DNA of 64,000 bases, taken from a bacterium. GTDB taxonomy: Bacteria > Zhuqueibacterota > Zhuqueibacteria > Residuimicrobiales > Krinioviventaceae. Positions within the stretch are counted from its first letter, which is position 1; every line of letters begins with the position of its first letter. This document shows positions 49,140-59,748 of this stretch, piece by piece. The stretch spans positions 128,001 to 192,000 of the forward strand of contig CAXXFV010000023.1 of NCBI GenBank assembly GCA_963674595.2, in the 5' to 3' direction. The position numbers and the translations under genes are program-made. A model generated the notes under the pieces. The model had not been told where the DNA came from. It worked only from the letters and a program-made list of their open reading frames with translations, and made no database searches.

Positions 49140-50886
49140 ATTTAGGTCTGTAATGATTTGTTATCGGCATTCTGCGATCTTTACCAAAAGCGCGTGGTGT
49201 TATTTTTGTCCCTGGGGCGGCTTGTCTGCGTTTGTATTCGTTTATATCGACAAGACGTGCAACTTTTGAAACAATTTCTAAATCAAATCCCTGTGCAGTT
49301 ATTTCCGGCACACTGTTATCTTTTTCAATATAGAGTTCCAGGATATCATCCAAAATATCATAGGGAGGCAGGCTGTCCTGGTCGGTTTGGTCGGGCCGGA
49401 GTTCTGCCGAAGGCGCTTTGTCAATAATTGATTGCGGGATGATATCATAACCAGCCTGTTGGTTTCTGAGATGACACAGCTCGTAAACAATCGTCTTGTA
49501 TACATCTTTTAACGGACCATATCCGCCCACCATATCCCCATATATTGTACAATAACCCACACTCACTTCACTTTTATTGCCTGTGGCCAGGGCCAAATAT
49601 CCAAATTTATTGGATAGTGCCATAACAAGACTTCCCCGGATTCTGGCTTGCAGGTTTTCTTCTGTTACGTCCGGCTCTGTACCACTAAAGGCCTCTTTTA
49701 AACTTGAATTAAACGCATCGAACATTGGTGATATCTGAATATTTAACAGTTTAAATCCAAAATTATTTGCCAGTTGTACGGAATCATCCACACTGCCCTT
49801 TGAAGAATATTGTGACGGCATCGTTATACAAATGACGTTCTCTTTTCCTAATGCATCTGCCGCAATTGCGGCTACAAGAGCAGAGTCTATACCGCCGCTT
49901 AATCCGAACACAACTTTTTGGAACCTGTTTTTGTGAACATAGTCTTTTAAACCCAGTTTTAGTGCCTTGTAAACCTGGACCATTTCAGACTCGTTTAGGT
50001 CACTTGCCGGTTGATTTATTTGTACTTTTGGTGCACTGAACTCCGTATCAAAATCGTCAGTATGTATTGTTTCATAAGGGTTTATAAATTCGCTTTTGAG
50101 TTTACGGAAATCACTGCTTTTTTCACGTTCTTTACGCAGTTGTGTAAAATCAAGGTCATAAACAAGAAAATCCTCTTCAAATGATTTTGCCTGAGCGAGG
50201 ATTTCGCCGTTATGGTTTGCTATAAAACTTTGTCCGTCAAATACCAGTTCATCCTGCCCTCCGACAAGGTTAACATAAGCAATAATGGATTTTGTCTTTT
50301 TTGCTTTGTTTTGCAAGAGTTCTATGCGTTCATGTCCTTTTTTAAAATAAAAAGGCGATGCTGAAATGTTTAGGATCAATTCTGCACCCTCACAAAAAGT
50401 CTCTGCTTCTATGACACCGTCATCTATCCAAATGTCTTCGCATATACTTGCACCGATTTTTACGCCGTTGACGTTGAAAACAAAGGGTTTTGTTCCCGCT
50501 ACAAAGTAACGTTCCTCATCGAAAACGCTATAATTCGGGAGGTGTATTTTGTGATAAATTTGCGGCGCATGATGCGGGATGTTGATCGCTGCCGCATTAT
50601 ATAAACCCTTTTCGGTTTGATTTACAAATCCAAATACCTGAATAATATTATCATTATTGTTTTTTATCTCTGAATATACGTTATACTGATCTTTAATAAA
50701 TTGTGACCGGTATAAAATATCTTCGGGCGGGTAACCGGTAACCGCAAGTTCCGGAAATATGACAAGATCGCAGTTTTGTTTTAAAGCCCGTTCTGTCCAG
50801 GCGATGATTTTATCTTTATTGCCTTGCAAATCGCCAACTGTTGTGTTGATTTGTGCTAATGCAATGCGAATTTTATTTTTTTTCAT
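49138..50886 (-). CDS. nadE: Glutamine-dependent NAD+ synthetase
   Basis: Nitrilase domain (FPEL..TGY, K.HLPNY.VFDE.RYF, ICEDIW) plus SGGIDS, ENLQARIRG, TGNKSE, PSAEL. Confidence 0.96.
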   Translation of the reverse strand: MKKNKIRIALAQINTTVGDLQGNKDKIIAWTERALKQNCDLVIFPELAVTGYPPEDILYRSQFIKDQYNVYSEIKNNNDNIIQVFGFVNQTEKGLYNAAAINIPHHAPQIYHKIHLPNYSVFDEERYFVAGTKPFVFNVNGVKIGASICEDIWIDDGVIEAETFCEGAELILNISASPFYFKKGHERIELLQNKAKKTKSIIAYVNLVGGQDELVFDGQSFIANHNGEILAQAKSFEEDFLVYDLDFTQLRKEREKSSDFRKLKSEFINPYETIHTDDFDTEFSAPKVQINQPASDLNESEMVQVYKALKLGLKDYVHKNRFQKVVFGLSGGIDSALVAAIAADALGKENVICITMPSQYSSKGSVDDSVQLANNFGFKLLNIQISPMFDAFNSSLKEAFSGTEPDVTEENLQARIRGSLVMALSNKFGYLALATGNKSEVSVGYCTIYGDMVGGYGPLKDVYKTIVYELCHLRNQQAGYDIIPQSIIDKAPSAELRPDQTDQDSLPPYDILDDILELYIEKDNSVPEITAQGFDLEIVSKVARLVDINEYKRRQAAPGTKITPRAFGKDRRMPITNHYRPK

Positions 50887-51004
50887 AAATAACCTTTTTA
50901 TTAAAAAATCTTTCTGTGCGAATATAAATATTTTATTAACGCAATTCAATTGATTTTGTGGATTATAATTGTAACTTATAATGTAATTTAACCTGGATAT
51001 AGAT

Positions 51005-51766
51005 ATGAAATTACGTGAACAATGGTATCACAAAGTCTTTGGGCAGATCGGGGAGAGGTATTTGTCCTATGATTATACAAAAGGAACAAAACAAGAAGCT
51101 GCTTTTTTAGCCGAGTTGTTTGGTGATGATCTCAATCAACGAATAATCGACATCGGATGCGGTCCCGGACGCCATGTTAATGAACTGCTTAAATATGGCT
51201 ATCATGTTTATGGTTTGGACCTTTCAAAAAGGTTTTTACAGATAGCAAAATCAAACAGCGAATCGCTTAAAAATACAAATCCATTTGTCTGTGCTGACGC
51301 CAGAAATATGCCGTTTGAAAATAAATTTGACTGGGCTGTTTGTTTGTGTGAAGGCGCTTTTGGAATTATGGAAAATGATTTACAAAATCAAAAAGTAATA
51401 TATTCCATTTCTCAGTTATTAAAACCCGGGGGAAAACTGCTTTTAAATGTATTAAACGCGTCTTTTATATTTCGTCATCCTCAAAATGATGATTATGTGG
51501 ACGTTAAAAATTGCCGGGGTCACTGGACAGAATATTACACAACGGAAAATGGTCAAAATAATGAAGAAAATTGTTCCAATCGCTATTATACATACCCCGA
51601 GATGAAGATTAGATTAAAGATTGCAGGTTTAACGCCGTTAAATGTCTGGGGAACAATAGCCGGAAATTATAGTAAAAAAGAACTTGAGCTTGATGATTTT
51701 GAAATGTTGATTCTTGCTAAAAAAAACTGTTCTGCAAATTCGGATTATTGCAGTAAATACTTGTAA
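51005..51766 (+). CDS. Class I SAM-dependent methyltransferase
   Basis: IDIGCGPGRH, GLDLS, ADAR, LKPGG. Confidence 0.9.
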   Translation: MKLREQWYHKVFGQIGERYLSYDYTKGTKQEAAFLAELFGDDLNQRIIDIGCGPGRHVNELLKYGYHVYGLDLSKRFLQIAKSNSESLKNTNPFVCADARNMPFENKFDWAVCLCEGAFGIMENDLQNQKVIYSISQLLKPGGKLLLNVLNASFIFRHPQNDDYVDVKNCRGHWTEYYTTENGQNNEENCSNRYYTYPEMKIRLKIAGLTPLNVWGTIAGNYSKKELELDDFEMLILAKKNCSANSDYCSKYL

Positions 51767-51893
51767 TATTTGTTGTTAAAAAACCGATAAATAAATTGAC
51801 TTTTTTAAGGTCTATTTGTACATTTTACGATGTTGGTTTATAAAATGTATGAATATTTAATTCACCATAAAAATAAATTAAGGAGTAAAGTGC

Positions 51894-53219
51894 ATGAACC
51901 TGGCAGAGATAATTGAAAAAAAGTCGGTCAAAGTTGGTGTTGTGGGTCTCGGGTATGTTGGCCTGCCGTTAGCTGTTGAGTTTTGTGCAAATGGTATCTA
52001 TGTTCATGGAATTGATAATGCGGCATCTAAAGTTGAAGCGATAAATAAAGGTGAAAACTATATCGATGATGTAGAAGATAGCAAATTAAAAAAAGCTGTA
52101 GAGAGTGGATTATTAACCGCGTCAACGTCCTATGAAATGGTTAAGGACCTTGATGTCATTTATATTTGTGTGCCTACTCCGTTTACAAAAAATAAAGAAC
52201 CGGATGTTTCCTATATTGTTTCTGCTGCTGAAGGGATTGCCGGCGGATTACGTAAAGATCAGTTAATTATATTAAAAAGTACAACCTTCCCGGACACGAC
52301 TGAAGGGATCGTTCAGCCTATTTTAGAAAAAACCGGGTTAACGGTCGGCAAGGATTTCCATTTGGCTTTTTCACCGGAACGAATTGATCCGGGAAACAAA
52401 CAGTTTACCACGTCAAATACCCCTGTTGTTGTTGGTGGAGTTACCCCCAAGTGTACAGAATTAGCTTGTTTGATTAATAAACAAATTATCAACCTGGTTG
52501 TACCGGTTTCGTCACCAAAAGTGGCAGAGATGGAAAAACTATTGGAAAATATTTTCCGTAGTGTAAACATTGCTTTGGTAAATGAAATGGCAAGACTTTG
52601 TGACCGTATGGGAGGTATTGATATTTGGGAAGTTGTAGAAGCTGCTGCAACAAAACCTTTTGGATTTATGCCGTTTTTCCCTGGTCCGGGTATTGGCGGA
52701 CACTGTATTTTAATTGATCCTTATTATCTTTCCTGGAAAGCACGGGAATATGATTTCCATACACAATTTATCGAATTGGCTGCTGAAACCAATGAAAATA
52801 TGCCTTTTTATGTTCTGGGACTTATACGCAGAGCATTAGGACAAGTTGGCGTTTCATTTAATCAGGCTAAAATTTTAGTACTAGGTGTTGCATTTAAAAA
52901 AGACATTGATGATATGCGTGAATCTCCGGCACTAAAGGTTATCCATTTCCTTAAAGAAAGAGGAGCCACGAAAATTAGCTACAATGATCCGTTTGTCCCG
53001 GAATTTACTCAAAATGGCGAAAAATTCGTATCTGTTGAGCTTTCAAAAGAAACCCTTGAAGAGGCTGACGTTGTTGTTATAACGACAAGCCATTCAAGTT
53101 ATGATGCAGAGTTTATTGTAGAACATGCCAAATCAGTGGTTGATACCAGAAATTTGACGAAAAATATTAAAAAGAATCAGGATAAAGTTACAAAACTTGG
53201 ATCTGGTACACGTTTTTAA
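51894..53219 (+). CDS. UDP-N-acetylhexosamine 6-dehydrogenase (WbpA/WecC family)
   Basis: GLGYVGLP, ICVPTP, SPERIDPG, KLLEN.FR.VNIA, GGHC, D.RESP. Confidence 0.92.
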   Translation: MNLAEIIEKKSVKVGVVGLGYVGLPLAVEFCANGIYVHGIDNAASKVEAINKGENYIDDVEDSKLKKAVESGLLTASTSYEMVKDLDVIYICVPTPFTKNKEPDVSYIVSAAEGIAGGLRKDQLIILKSTTFPDTTEGIVQPILEKTGLTVGKDFHLAFSPERIDPGNKQFTTSNTPVVVGGVTPKCTELACLINKQIINLVVPVSSPKVAEMEKLLENIFRSVNIALVNEMARLCDRMGGIDIWEVVEAAATKPFGFMPFFPGPGIGGHCILIDPYYLSWKAREYDFHTQFIELAAETNENMPFYVLGLIRRALGQVGVSFNQAKILVLGVAFKKDIDDMRESPALKVIHFLKERGATKISYNDPFVPEFTQNGEKFVSVELSKETLEEADVVVITTSHSSYDAEFIVEHAKSVVDTRNLTKNIKKNQDKVTKLGSGTRF

Positions 53220-53233
53220 TTTATGGAGATGGA

Positions 53234-54313
53234 ATGCTGAAAATTGTAAATGTTGTCGGAGCACGCCCGAATTTTATGAAAGTTGCTCCGATACATTATT
53301 TAATGAAAAATTCACATAAAATAAATCCTTTGCTCGTTCATACCGGGCAGCATTATGATGAAAAAATGTCCAAAACTTTTTTCATAGAGCTTGAAATGCC
53401 GGAACCGGATTTGTATCTGGGTGTTGGGTCCGGAACTCATGCTCAACAAACAGCCGCTGTTATGGTGGCTATGGAAAAAATGCTCCAGGAAGAAAGACCG
53501 GATTGGCTTCTTGTTGTTGGTGATGTAAATTCAACCCTGGCTTCTTCCATTGCCGCAGCAAAATTAAACATTCCGGTTGCCCATGTAGAGTCCGGTTTGA
53601 GAAGTTTTGATCGTCAAATGCCGGAAGAAATCAATCGTATATTAACCGATTCGATAGCTGATATGTTGTTTGTTACTGAACAAAGTGGTTTAGACAACCT
53701 GGAAAAGGAGGGTATTCCCTCTGATAAAGTGTGTTTTGTCGGTAATGTTATGATTGATTCTCTTGTTCAACATTTGCAAAAAGCGAGTCAGGAAAATACG
53801 TTAAAAGATATGCAAGTTGAACCTGACCAATATGTGTTGATGACATTGCATCGTCCATCAAATGTTGACAATAAAGAAAATTTTATTAAAATTCTTAACG
53901 CTGTCCAAACGATTAAAAAAGATTATCCGATAATTTTTCCAATTCATCCCCGTTCAAAAAAAATGATAGATGAATTCGGCCTGCAATCATTGGTTGATGG
54001 TGTAAAACTGGTTGAGCCGCTTGGGTATCTTGCTTTTTTAAATTTAATGAGTAAGGCAAAATTAGTGCTTACAGATTCGGGCGGCATCCAGGAAGAAACA
54101 ACCTATTTGGGGATTCCATGTTTAACTATACGTGAAAATACGGAACGACCGGTAACCGTTGAAATTGGAACAAATCGTCTGGTGGGTGTGGAAACAAAAG
54201 ATATTTTAGGTGCTTATTCTGCTATTTTTTCAGAGTTAAAAAAAGCACAAATCCCGCCATTATGGGATGGCAAGGCTGCCGAACGAATTGTTGATTTTTT
54301 TCTAAATATATAA
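53234..54313 (+). CDS. wecB: UDP-N-acetylglucosamine 2-epimerase (non-hydrolysing)
   Basis: GARPNFMK, HTGQHYD, HVESGLRS, PEEINR, TDSGGIQEE, TERP. Confidence 0.95.
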   Translation: MLKIVNVVGARPNFMKVAPIHYLMKNSHKINPLLVHTGQHYDEKMSKTFFIELEMPEPDLYLGVGSGTHAQQTAAVMVAMEKMLQEERPDWLLVVGDVNSTLASSIAAAKLNIPVAHVESGLRSFDRQMPEEINRILTDSIADMLFVTEQSGLDNLEKEGIPSDKVCFVGNVMIDSLVQHLQKASQENTLKDMQVEPDQYVLMTLHRPSNVDNKENFIKILNAVQTIKKDYPIIFPIHPRSKKMIDEFGLQSLVDGVKLVEPLGYLAFLNLMSKAKLVLTDSGGIQEETTYLGIPCLTIRENTERPVTVEIGTNRLVGVETKDILGAYSAIFSELKKAQIPPLWDGKAAERIVDFFLNI

Positions 54314-54337
54314 ATTTTATAAGAGCGGAGGAGTTCG

Positions 54338-56062
54338 ATGCAAAGGTGCATCATTGTTTTATTTTTGTTTTTGACCACCTGCCCAAGTTATTCTCAGGAA
54401 TCATTATCACAATTTTCCGAAATGAGTAAAATTCAAAGTATGGTAAAAAAACCAACATTAACGTCTTTGCCCGACGCCCCGGTTTTGGAACATGCTGTGG
54501 ATGAAAAGAATTATATCCTGGGACCTGGAGATGTCCTCACCATTATAATTGGAAATCAGGAAGAAAACACACATCAGGTGAGAATCTATCCGGAAGGGAA
54601 TATTGTTTTACCTTCGGTAGGAAGCGTTAAAGTCTCAGGGTTATCCTTGTTTGATGCAAAAGAACAGATTGTTGAAAAAATAAAATCAAAATATCGGAGC
54701 GATGAAATTTATGTCTATTTGACCACTCTGCGGGCTTTTCGTGTTACTGTTAGTGGTGCCGTTAATAAGCCAGGGTTGGTTACAGTTAACGCAATGTGGC
54801 GTGTTTCCGAGGCTATTGAGCTATGTGGAGGATTTACATTACCTGTTACAGTAACGTCCACAAAAGAAGAAACCAGAGTGGAAACACCCTATCAAAAGCA
54901 AGTTGCTACCCAGTCCGTTGATACTAAACAGGATATAGAATTTCAAACATTACAGGCTTCAAAGAGGAATATATATATTAATCGCCGATCAGGGATAAAA
55001 GTCAATGCTGATATTGAAAAATATGAATTAACCGGAGATTTGGACGCTAATCCCTATTTATTAGATGGTGACGTTATTGTTGTTCCAACAAAACAATCGA
55101 GATCAGGGCAGGTATGGATTTTAGGGGCTGTTAAATCACCCTCCAAATTTGAGTTTGTAAATGGTGATTGTGTAAAAGACCTGTTGGATATGGCACATGG
55201 GTTTACGTCCGATGCTGATTCTGGACGAATTGAGTTGGTTCGTTTCCGTAATGGGCACAATCTTATAAACAAATCTGTTTTGGAACTGGACTGGCATGAT
55301 TCAACACAGGTTGAAAAAGTTCTTAACACAACTCTTAAAGCAGATGATCGTTTGTTTATCCGATATTTATCAAAATTCCATGAAAAGAAAAATGTTGAAA
55401 TAAGAGGTGAAGTTGTTTATCCCGGAGAATATGCGCTGGAAAATGACAAGGATGTTCATCTGTCCGAGTTGATCAAACGCGCCGGCGGATTTACGGACGA
55501 AGCTTCTTTGAAAAACGCCTATGTTGTACGCCGGGCACAGGAAGACGCTCGTGATCCGGAATTTGAGAGACTGGAAGCTATGGCTGTCGCCGAAATGACG
55601 GAAATGGAAAGGGAATATTTTAAAGTTAAATCCAGAGAGCGTGCCGGGGGAATGGGTATTGATTTTATTGCTCTTTTTGAAAATAATGACAAAAGTCATG
55701 ATGTCATTTTAAAAGATGATGATTTAATAGTTGTCCCGGGAAAAGAGTTAACCGTAAAGGTGGCCGGACAGGTTATTAATCCGGGCTTATTCCCCTATAA
55801 AGATCAAGCGCCTTTAAAATATTATATTGAGGAATCCGGTGGATATAACTGGAATGCCCGAAAAAGCCACATCCGTGTCATTAAAGGAAAAACCGGTGAA
55901 TGGATGAAACCGGGCCAGAATACAGTTATTGAAGTAGGTGATACTATTTTTGTTCCGGAAAAGCCGGAACGTGACTGGTGGGTTATGCTTCGGGAGACCA
56001 TTTCTGTTGTAGCACAATTAGCTACAATTTATCTTGTTATCGAAAGAGCAACTTCTGATTAA
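54338..56062 (+). CDS. Polysaccharide export protein (Poly_export + multiple SLBB domains; Wza/KpsD-like)
   Basis: YILGPGDVL, repeated V.V.GEV..PG / AGG SLBB units. Confidence 0.85.
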   Translation: MQRCIIVLFLFLTTCPSYSQESLSQFSEMSKIQSMVKKPTLTSLPDAPVLEHAVDEKNYILGPGDVLTIIIGNQEENTHQVRIYPEGNIVLPSVGSVKVSGLSLFDAKEQIVEKIKSKYRSDEIYVYLTTLRAFRVTVSGAVNKPGLVTVNAMWRVSEAIELCGGFTLPVTVTSTKEETRVETPYQKQVATQSVDTKQDIEFQTLQASKRNIYINRRSGIKVNADIEKYELTGDLDANPYLLDGDVIVVPTKQSRSGQVWILGAVKSPSKFEFVNGDCVKDLLDMAHGFTSDADSGRIELVRFRNGHNLINKSVLELDWHDSTQVEKVLNTTLKADDRLFIRYLSKFHEKKNVEIRGEVVYPGEYALENDKDVHLSELIKRAGGFTDEASLKNAYVVRRAQEDARDPEFERLEAMAVAEMTEMEREYFKVKSRERAGGMGIDFIALFENNDKSHDVILKDDDLIVVPGKELTVKVAGQVINPGLFPYKDQAPLKYYIEESGGYNWNARKSHIRVIKGKTGEWMKPGQNTVIEVGDTIFVPEKPERDWWVMLRETISVVAQLATIYLVIERATSD

Positions 56063-56065
56063 TAG

Positions 56066-56095
56066 AAAAAGCCTCTCCAATGAGAGGCTTTTTTT
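56066..56095. terminator. Bidirectional terminator
   Basis: AAAAAGCCTCTC-CAAT-GAGAGGCTTTTT between convergent genes. Confidence 0.88.
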
Positions 56096-56121
56096 ATTGC
56101 CGTTATAATAAAATTTAAACC

Positions 56122-57591
56122 TTATGAAAATAGTTTTTCCAGTGTTTTTTTATCCGGTTTGGGCGTTAAATAACTGACGATAATTAAAGTTAAAACAGAG
56201 CCTGCCAGGGCCGGATATATACTAGGAATGCCCCAGGGGTCACCGCCTTTTAACAGAGCAGGAAATCCATAAGGAATAACCAGATCAAATACAATCGCTA
56301 AAACAGCGCCTGTAATTATACTTGCGATGCCGCCTTGTTTTGTTGCACGTTTCCAGGAAAGCGCTGCAATCAGCGCCGGCGTTATTGCCACACCATATAG
56401 TGTGTAAGCAAAATAGGCATATTTTAAAACAGATATTTGCAGATTGAATTTTGTGGGAATAAAAATCATTAAAAAGGCACATAATCCCAGGATGACAATA
56501 AATATTTTTTGCAGTGCCACCATTTTTTTCTGGTCCGCATCCGGATTGATAAACTTTTGATAGATATCGCGCATTATGTTTGTAGAAGGGCTGAGCAAAT
56601 AATTCATCCCTGTAGAAAGTACCACAACGCATGCCGCCGCCAACAATAATAGTCCAACAGGGGCCGGTACCATCTTTTTTGCTGCTTGTAAAACAATGGA
56701 TGCCGGGTCAATCGAAGGATTGTTCCAAAAATAGGAAGCTCCATAAATGGCAATGATTATGACAACGGTTTCGACAATAATTGTTCCGAATATCCATAAA
56801 CCTACAGCAATTTTGGCCTCTTTAGGACTTTTTGCGCTGTAAAACTTTTGATACATACTTTGTACACCGAGTAATAAAAACATGGTTGCTAAAAAGTAGC
56901 TAAATGCTTTGAGTGCCGGATATTGTCCAAAATCGGATGAAAAAAGTTTCATGTGTCCTGGTGGTAGTGTTTGGGCTGCAGATTGCCACCCACCGGCCGT
57001 CATTACGACAAACGGTGTAGCAATGATACAGGCGAGAACAATGATAATTCCATTCGGCAAGTCCGTATGTGCTACAGCAATCATTCCGCCAAGTGCGACA
57101 AATGTTATCACAAAAGCAGCGGAAATAAATTGCCCCGTTTCTACACTGATGTGGCCGTCTGTAATGATATTTAAAATATAACCGCCTGCGCGAAACTGGT
57201 AAGAAACAATAGTAGTAAAAGCGATAATAAGGGCAATGGCGCCAAAAAGTCTGGCAAACTTGCCATATCGTTCTTCTAAAATATCCCCTATTGTGTATTG
57301 CCCAAAAGTTCTGATTTTGGCTGCCAGAAAATATATAATGGCAATTCCGGCCCATGCGCCGGCCGGCATCCATAAAGAACTCCAACCGGCCCGAAATGCA
57401 TACTCTGCACCGGCAATAAAAGTTCCGGAACCAATCCAGGTACAAACCAGCGTAAAAACCATTTGAGTTACACCCAGACTTCGTCCGGCTACCATCATGT
57501 CGTCCTGGGTTTTTATCTGTTTTGATTTATAAATATTATAAAAGGTCAAAACTGCGAGGTAAATGAGAATGATAATGAGATAGGTATTCAT
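56122..57591 (-). CDS. Sodium:solute symporter family protein
   Basis: D..VAGRSL, TWIGSG, ILE.RYG, GG..AVA.TD, Q..YQKFYSAKS, WKRAT..G. Confidence 0.9.
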   Translation of the reverse strand: MNTYLIIILIYLAVLTFYNIYKSKQIKTQDDMMVAGRSLGVTQMVFTLVCTWIGSGTFIAGAEYAFRAGWSSLWMPAGAWAGIAIIYFLAAKIRTFGQYTIGDILEERYGKFARLFGAIALIIAFTTIVSYQFRAGGYILNIITDGHISVETGQFISAAFVITFVALGGMIAVAHTDLPNGIIIVLACIIATPFVVMTAGGWQSAAQTLPPGHMKLFSSDFGQYPALKAFSYFLATMFLLLGVQSMYQKFYSAKSPKEAKIAVGLWIFGTIIVETVVIIIAIYGASYFWNNPSIDPASIVLQAAKKMVPAPVGLLLLAAACVVVLSTGMNYLLSPSTNIMRDIYQKFINPDADQKKMVALQKIFIVILGLCAFLMIFIPTKFNLQISVLKYAYFAYTLYGVAITPALIAALSWKRATKQGGIASIITGAVLAIVFDLVIPYGFPALLKGGDPWGIPSIYPALAGSVLTLIIVSYLTPKPDKKTLEKLFS

Positions 57592-57665
57592 AATCAACCT
57601 CCGGTTAGAACGACTGCGATATCCGCACTCAATTTTTGAGTTTAATTAGCACTGTTTTGGGACGA

Positions 57666-58853
57666 CTAGATTGATAAAATGGGTATTATATTTTCCTGCA
57701 TAGGGCCGGTCACATCAACCTGACCTTCATCTGTTACAAAGACATCAATCTCAGTGCGAAATCCGATTTTTTCGTGCGGCAAGTAAATACCGGGCTCAAT
57801 GGAAAAACATGTACCGGGTAAAATAATTCGTTCGTCTTTTGTTTCCAAATTGTCAATATGAACGCCATTGCCGTGAACTTCTTCCCCTATGTTATGGCCT
57901 GTTCTGTGTGAAAAATAGTCACCATAGCCTGCTTTTGCAATAACATTGCGGCAAACATCGTCAACCTGCCAGCCATAAATTTTTTTGCTTTGGGCAAAAC
58001 TGGTCTGAATAAACTCTAGCGCTGCATCCCTGCCGGAACGAATAATTTGAAAGATTTCTTCCAGCTTTTCCGGTACTTTATCGCCGATATAACCCATCCA
58101 GGTTATGTCATAATAAATGCTGCCGGGCTTTTTGTCTTTGGCCCAAAGGTCCAAAAGTACAAGATCGCCTTCCTGCATAGGAAAACTGTTTTCATTTGTC
58201 GGTTCAAAGTGAGGGTCTGCCGCATGTTCGTTTATGGCAACAACGGGTCCGTCTTCCCAAAATAGATTATTTTTATGCATGAGTTGATGCATAAAATTTT
58301 GTATTTCAACTTCCAGAGGATTTTTATCAGCCAGAATTTGTTTTTTAATCTCGGCAAAAGTTGCATCTTTAACAGATTGCATAATGTGGCCGGATTGCTG
58401 GTGACTTGCAAAATCTTCCATTGAAAGATGCGCTTCAAATTGACCGACAAGGTCTGCGCTGGAAACTATTTTAATACCAAAATCCCGCAGCAATTCAACT
58501 GTTCCGGCGTCTACAATGGATACATATGGAATTGCGTTTTGCGGTGAATATTGCATTGCAATAGTTTTTGCTGTGCCAAGTAGTGATTTTAAAAGCGCAT
58601 GTTGTTCCTGCCATGCCAGGTAAATATGTTTTTCACCAGGTAAATGATCACATCTCCAGGGTTCAATCTTGTGGACCAGTTTTTGGGGTTCTCCATTTGA
58701 TGGAATAAAATAATACCATCGTCGGGAAGCGAAGCGGTTGGTGTCCATTTTCAGCACACGTGCTGCAATGGCATCTCTGTTATGGAAATCATAAAAGAGC
58801 CAACCGTCAAGGTTTGCTTTTTGCAAAGCACTTTGTATGGCTTTCAAGTCCAT
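57666..58853 (-). CDS. M24 family Xaa-Pro aminopeptidase
   Basis: PH, LLDLWA, YDITW, HRTGH.IG..VH, FSIEPGIY, R.E.D. Confidence 0.9.
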   Translation of the reverse strand: MDLKAIQSALQKANLDGWLFYDFHNRDAIAARVLKMDTNRFASRRWYYFIPSNGEPQKLVHKIEPWRCDHLPGEKHIYLAWQEQHALLKSLLGTAKTIAMQYSPQNAIPYVSIVDAGTVELLRDFGIKIVSSADLVGQFEAHLSMEDFASHQQSGHIMQSVKDATFAEIKKQILADKNPLEVEIQNFMHQLMHKNNLFWEDGPVVAINEHAADPHFEPTNENSFPMQEGDLVLLDLWAKDKKPGSIYYDITWMGYIGDKVPEKLEEIFQIIRSGRDAALEFIQTSFAQSKKIYGWQVDDVCRNVIAKAGYGDYFSHRTGHNIGEEVHGNGVHIDNLETKDERIILPGTCFSIEPGIYLPHEKIGFRTEIDVFVTDEGQVDVTGPMQENIIPILSI

Positions 58854-58869
58854 GGTTTAGACTCCGGTT

Positions 58870-59253
58870 TTAAAGAGGGGTTGTCGATGTTGAGGTTATT
58901 GATCGAATTAATCTCTTCAACATTCTTTCAATTGTGTCAAATTCTTCAATGATTTCTTCAATGTCATCTTTGACATAGCCAAGATCGTTTGCCAAAATTA
59001 AGAGGTATCGGGATGTTTCAATTTCGGTTAAAGCTGTGCGATAATAATGTACCTTAGTTTTAATGCCTCTTTTTTTAAAACCAATAATAATATTTATGGG
59101 AATAATTGAGGCTGCTTCTCGTTGTTCCTGGGCAAGAGATGTATTCTCTTTTTTCGGATATTTTGTCGTAAGCTTGTAAATTTGTTGTACCAGGGCATGA
59201 CTTTTTTGCCAGACAACGAGGTCCTGGAAAGTTTCGACCTTTTTGTTTTCCAT
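58870..59253 (-). CDS. Four-helix-bundle protein (23S rRNA IVP / bAvd-like family)
   Basis: FQDLVVWQKSH..V..IYK.T..YP..E...L..Q...AA..IP.NI..G. Confidence 0.85.
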   Translation of the reverse strand: MENKKVETFQDLVVWQKSHALVQQIYKLTTKYPKKENTSLAQEQREAASIIPINIIIGFKKRGIKTKVHYYRTALTEIETSRYLLILANDLGYVKDDIEEIIEEFDTIERMLKRLIRSITSTSTTPL

Positions 59254-59716
59254 ATTAATTAACCTTTCATTTGTTATCATGTTTCCAGGTTATATTTAAA
59301 TAGTTATTTTTGGTGCGTATTATTGGAAACATGTATTTAATCCCCATTCCTTCAAAATTTGAAGCGGTTTACTTACGCGGTTAACTAGATAAAACTTAAT
59401 CAATTTTAATACGAAATGCAAATGATTTTTGCATTTTAGCCGTTTTTGTCTATACAAATAGACGATTTTTTACATTTTTTTTAACTTTTAATTAAATTTT
59501 TGTGTTATGAAGGGAAAATTCCGGTCCCTTTTTTAGTTTCGTTAGGATTGTAGGGTGTGTTCGTTGCAGGCTTTTTAAAACTCTTTGAAATTATAACAAA
59601 TATTGTATGATTGAAGTTGTTTTGTGTTTGTACAGATTTTTATTTTCGGGGATGTGGTTGCGGTATGGATGTTAAAATGACGGACAAGTCGATTACATGA
59701 ACTGTAAACAGGGCAT

Positions 59717-59744
59717 AAAAAAAGCCCGGCTTAAAACCGGGCTT
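59717..59744 (-). terminator. Intrinsic terminator
   Basis: AAGCCCGG-N7-CCGGGCTT with an A-run (U-tail on minus strand), immediately after the 59749 stop. Confidence 0.8.
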
Positions 59745-59748
59745 GTAT

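Noticed and set aside
58870-59253. bAvd-like four-helix bundle as a sign of a diversity-generating retroelement
   Set aside because: No reverse transcriptase or TR/VR repeat pair seen; standalone members are common in FCB-type genomes.
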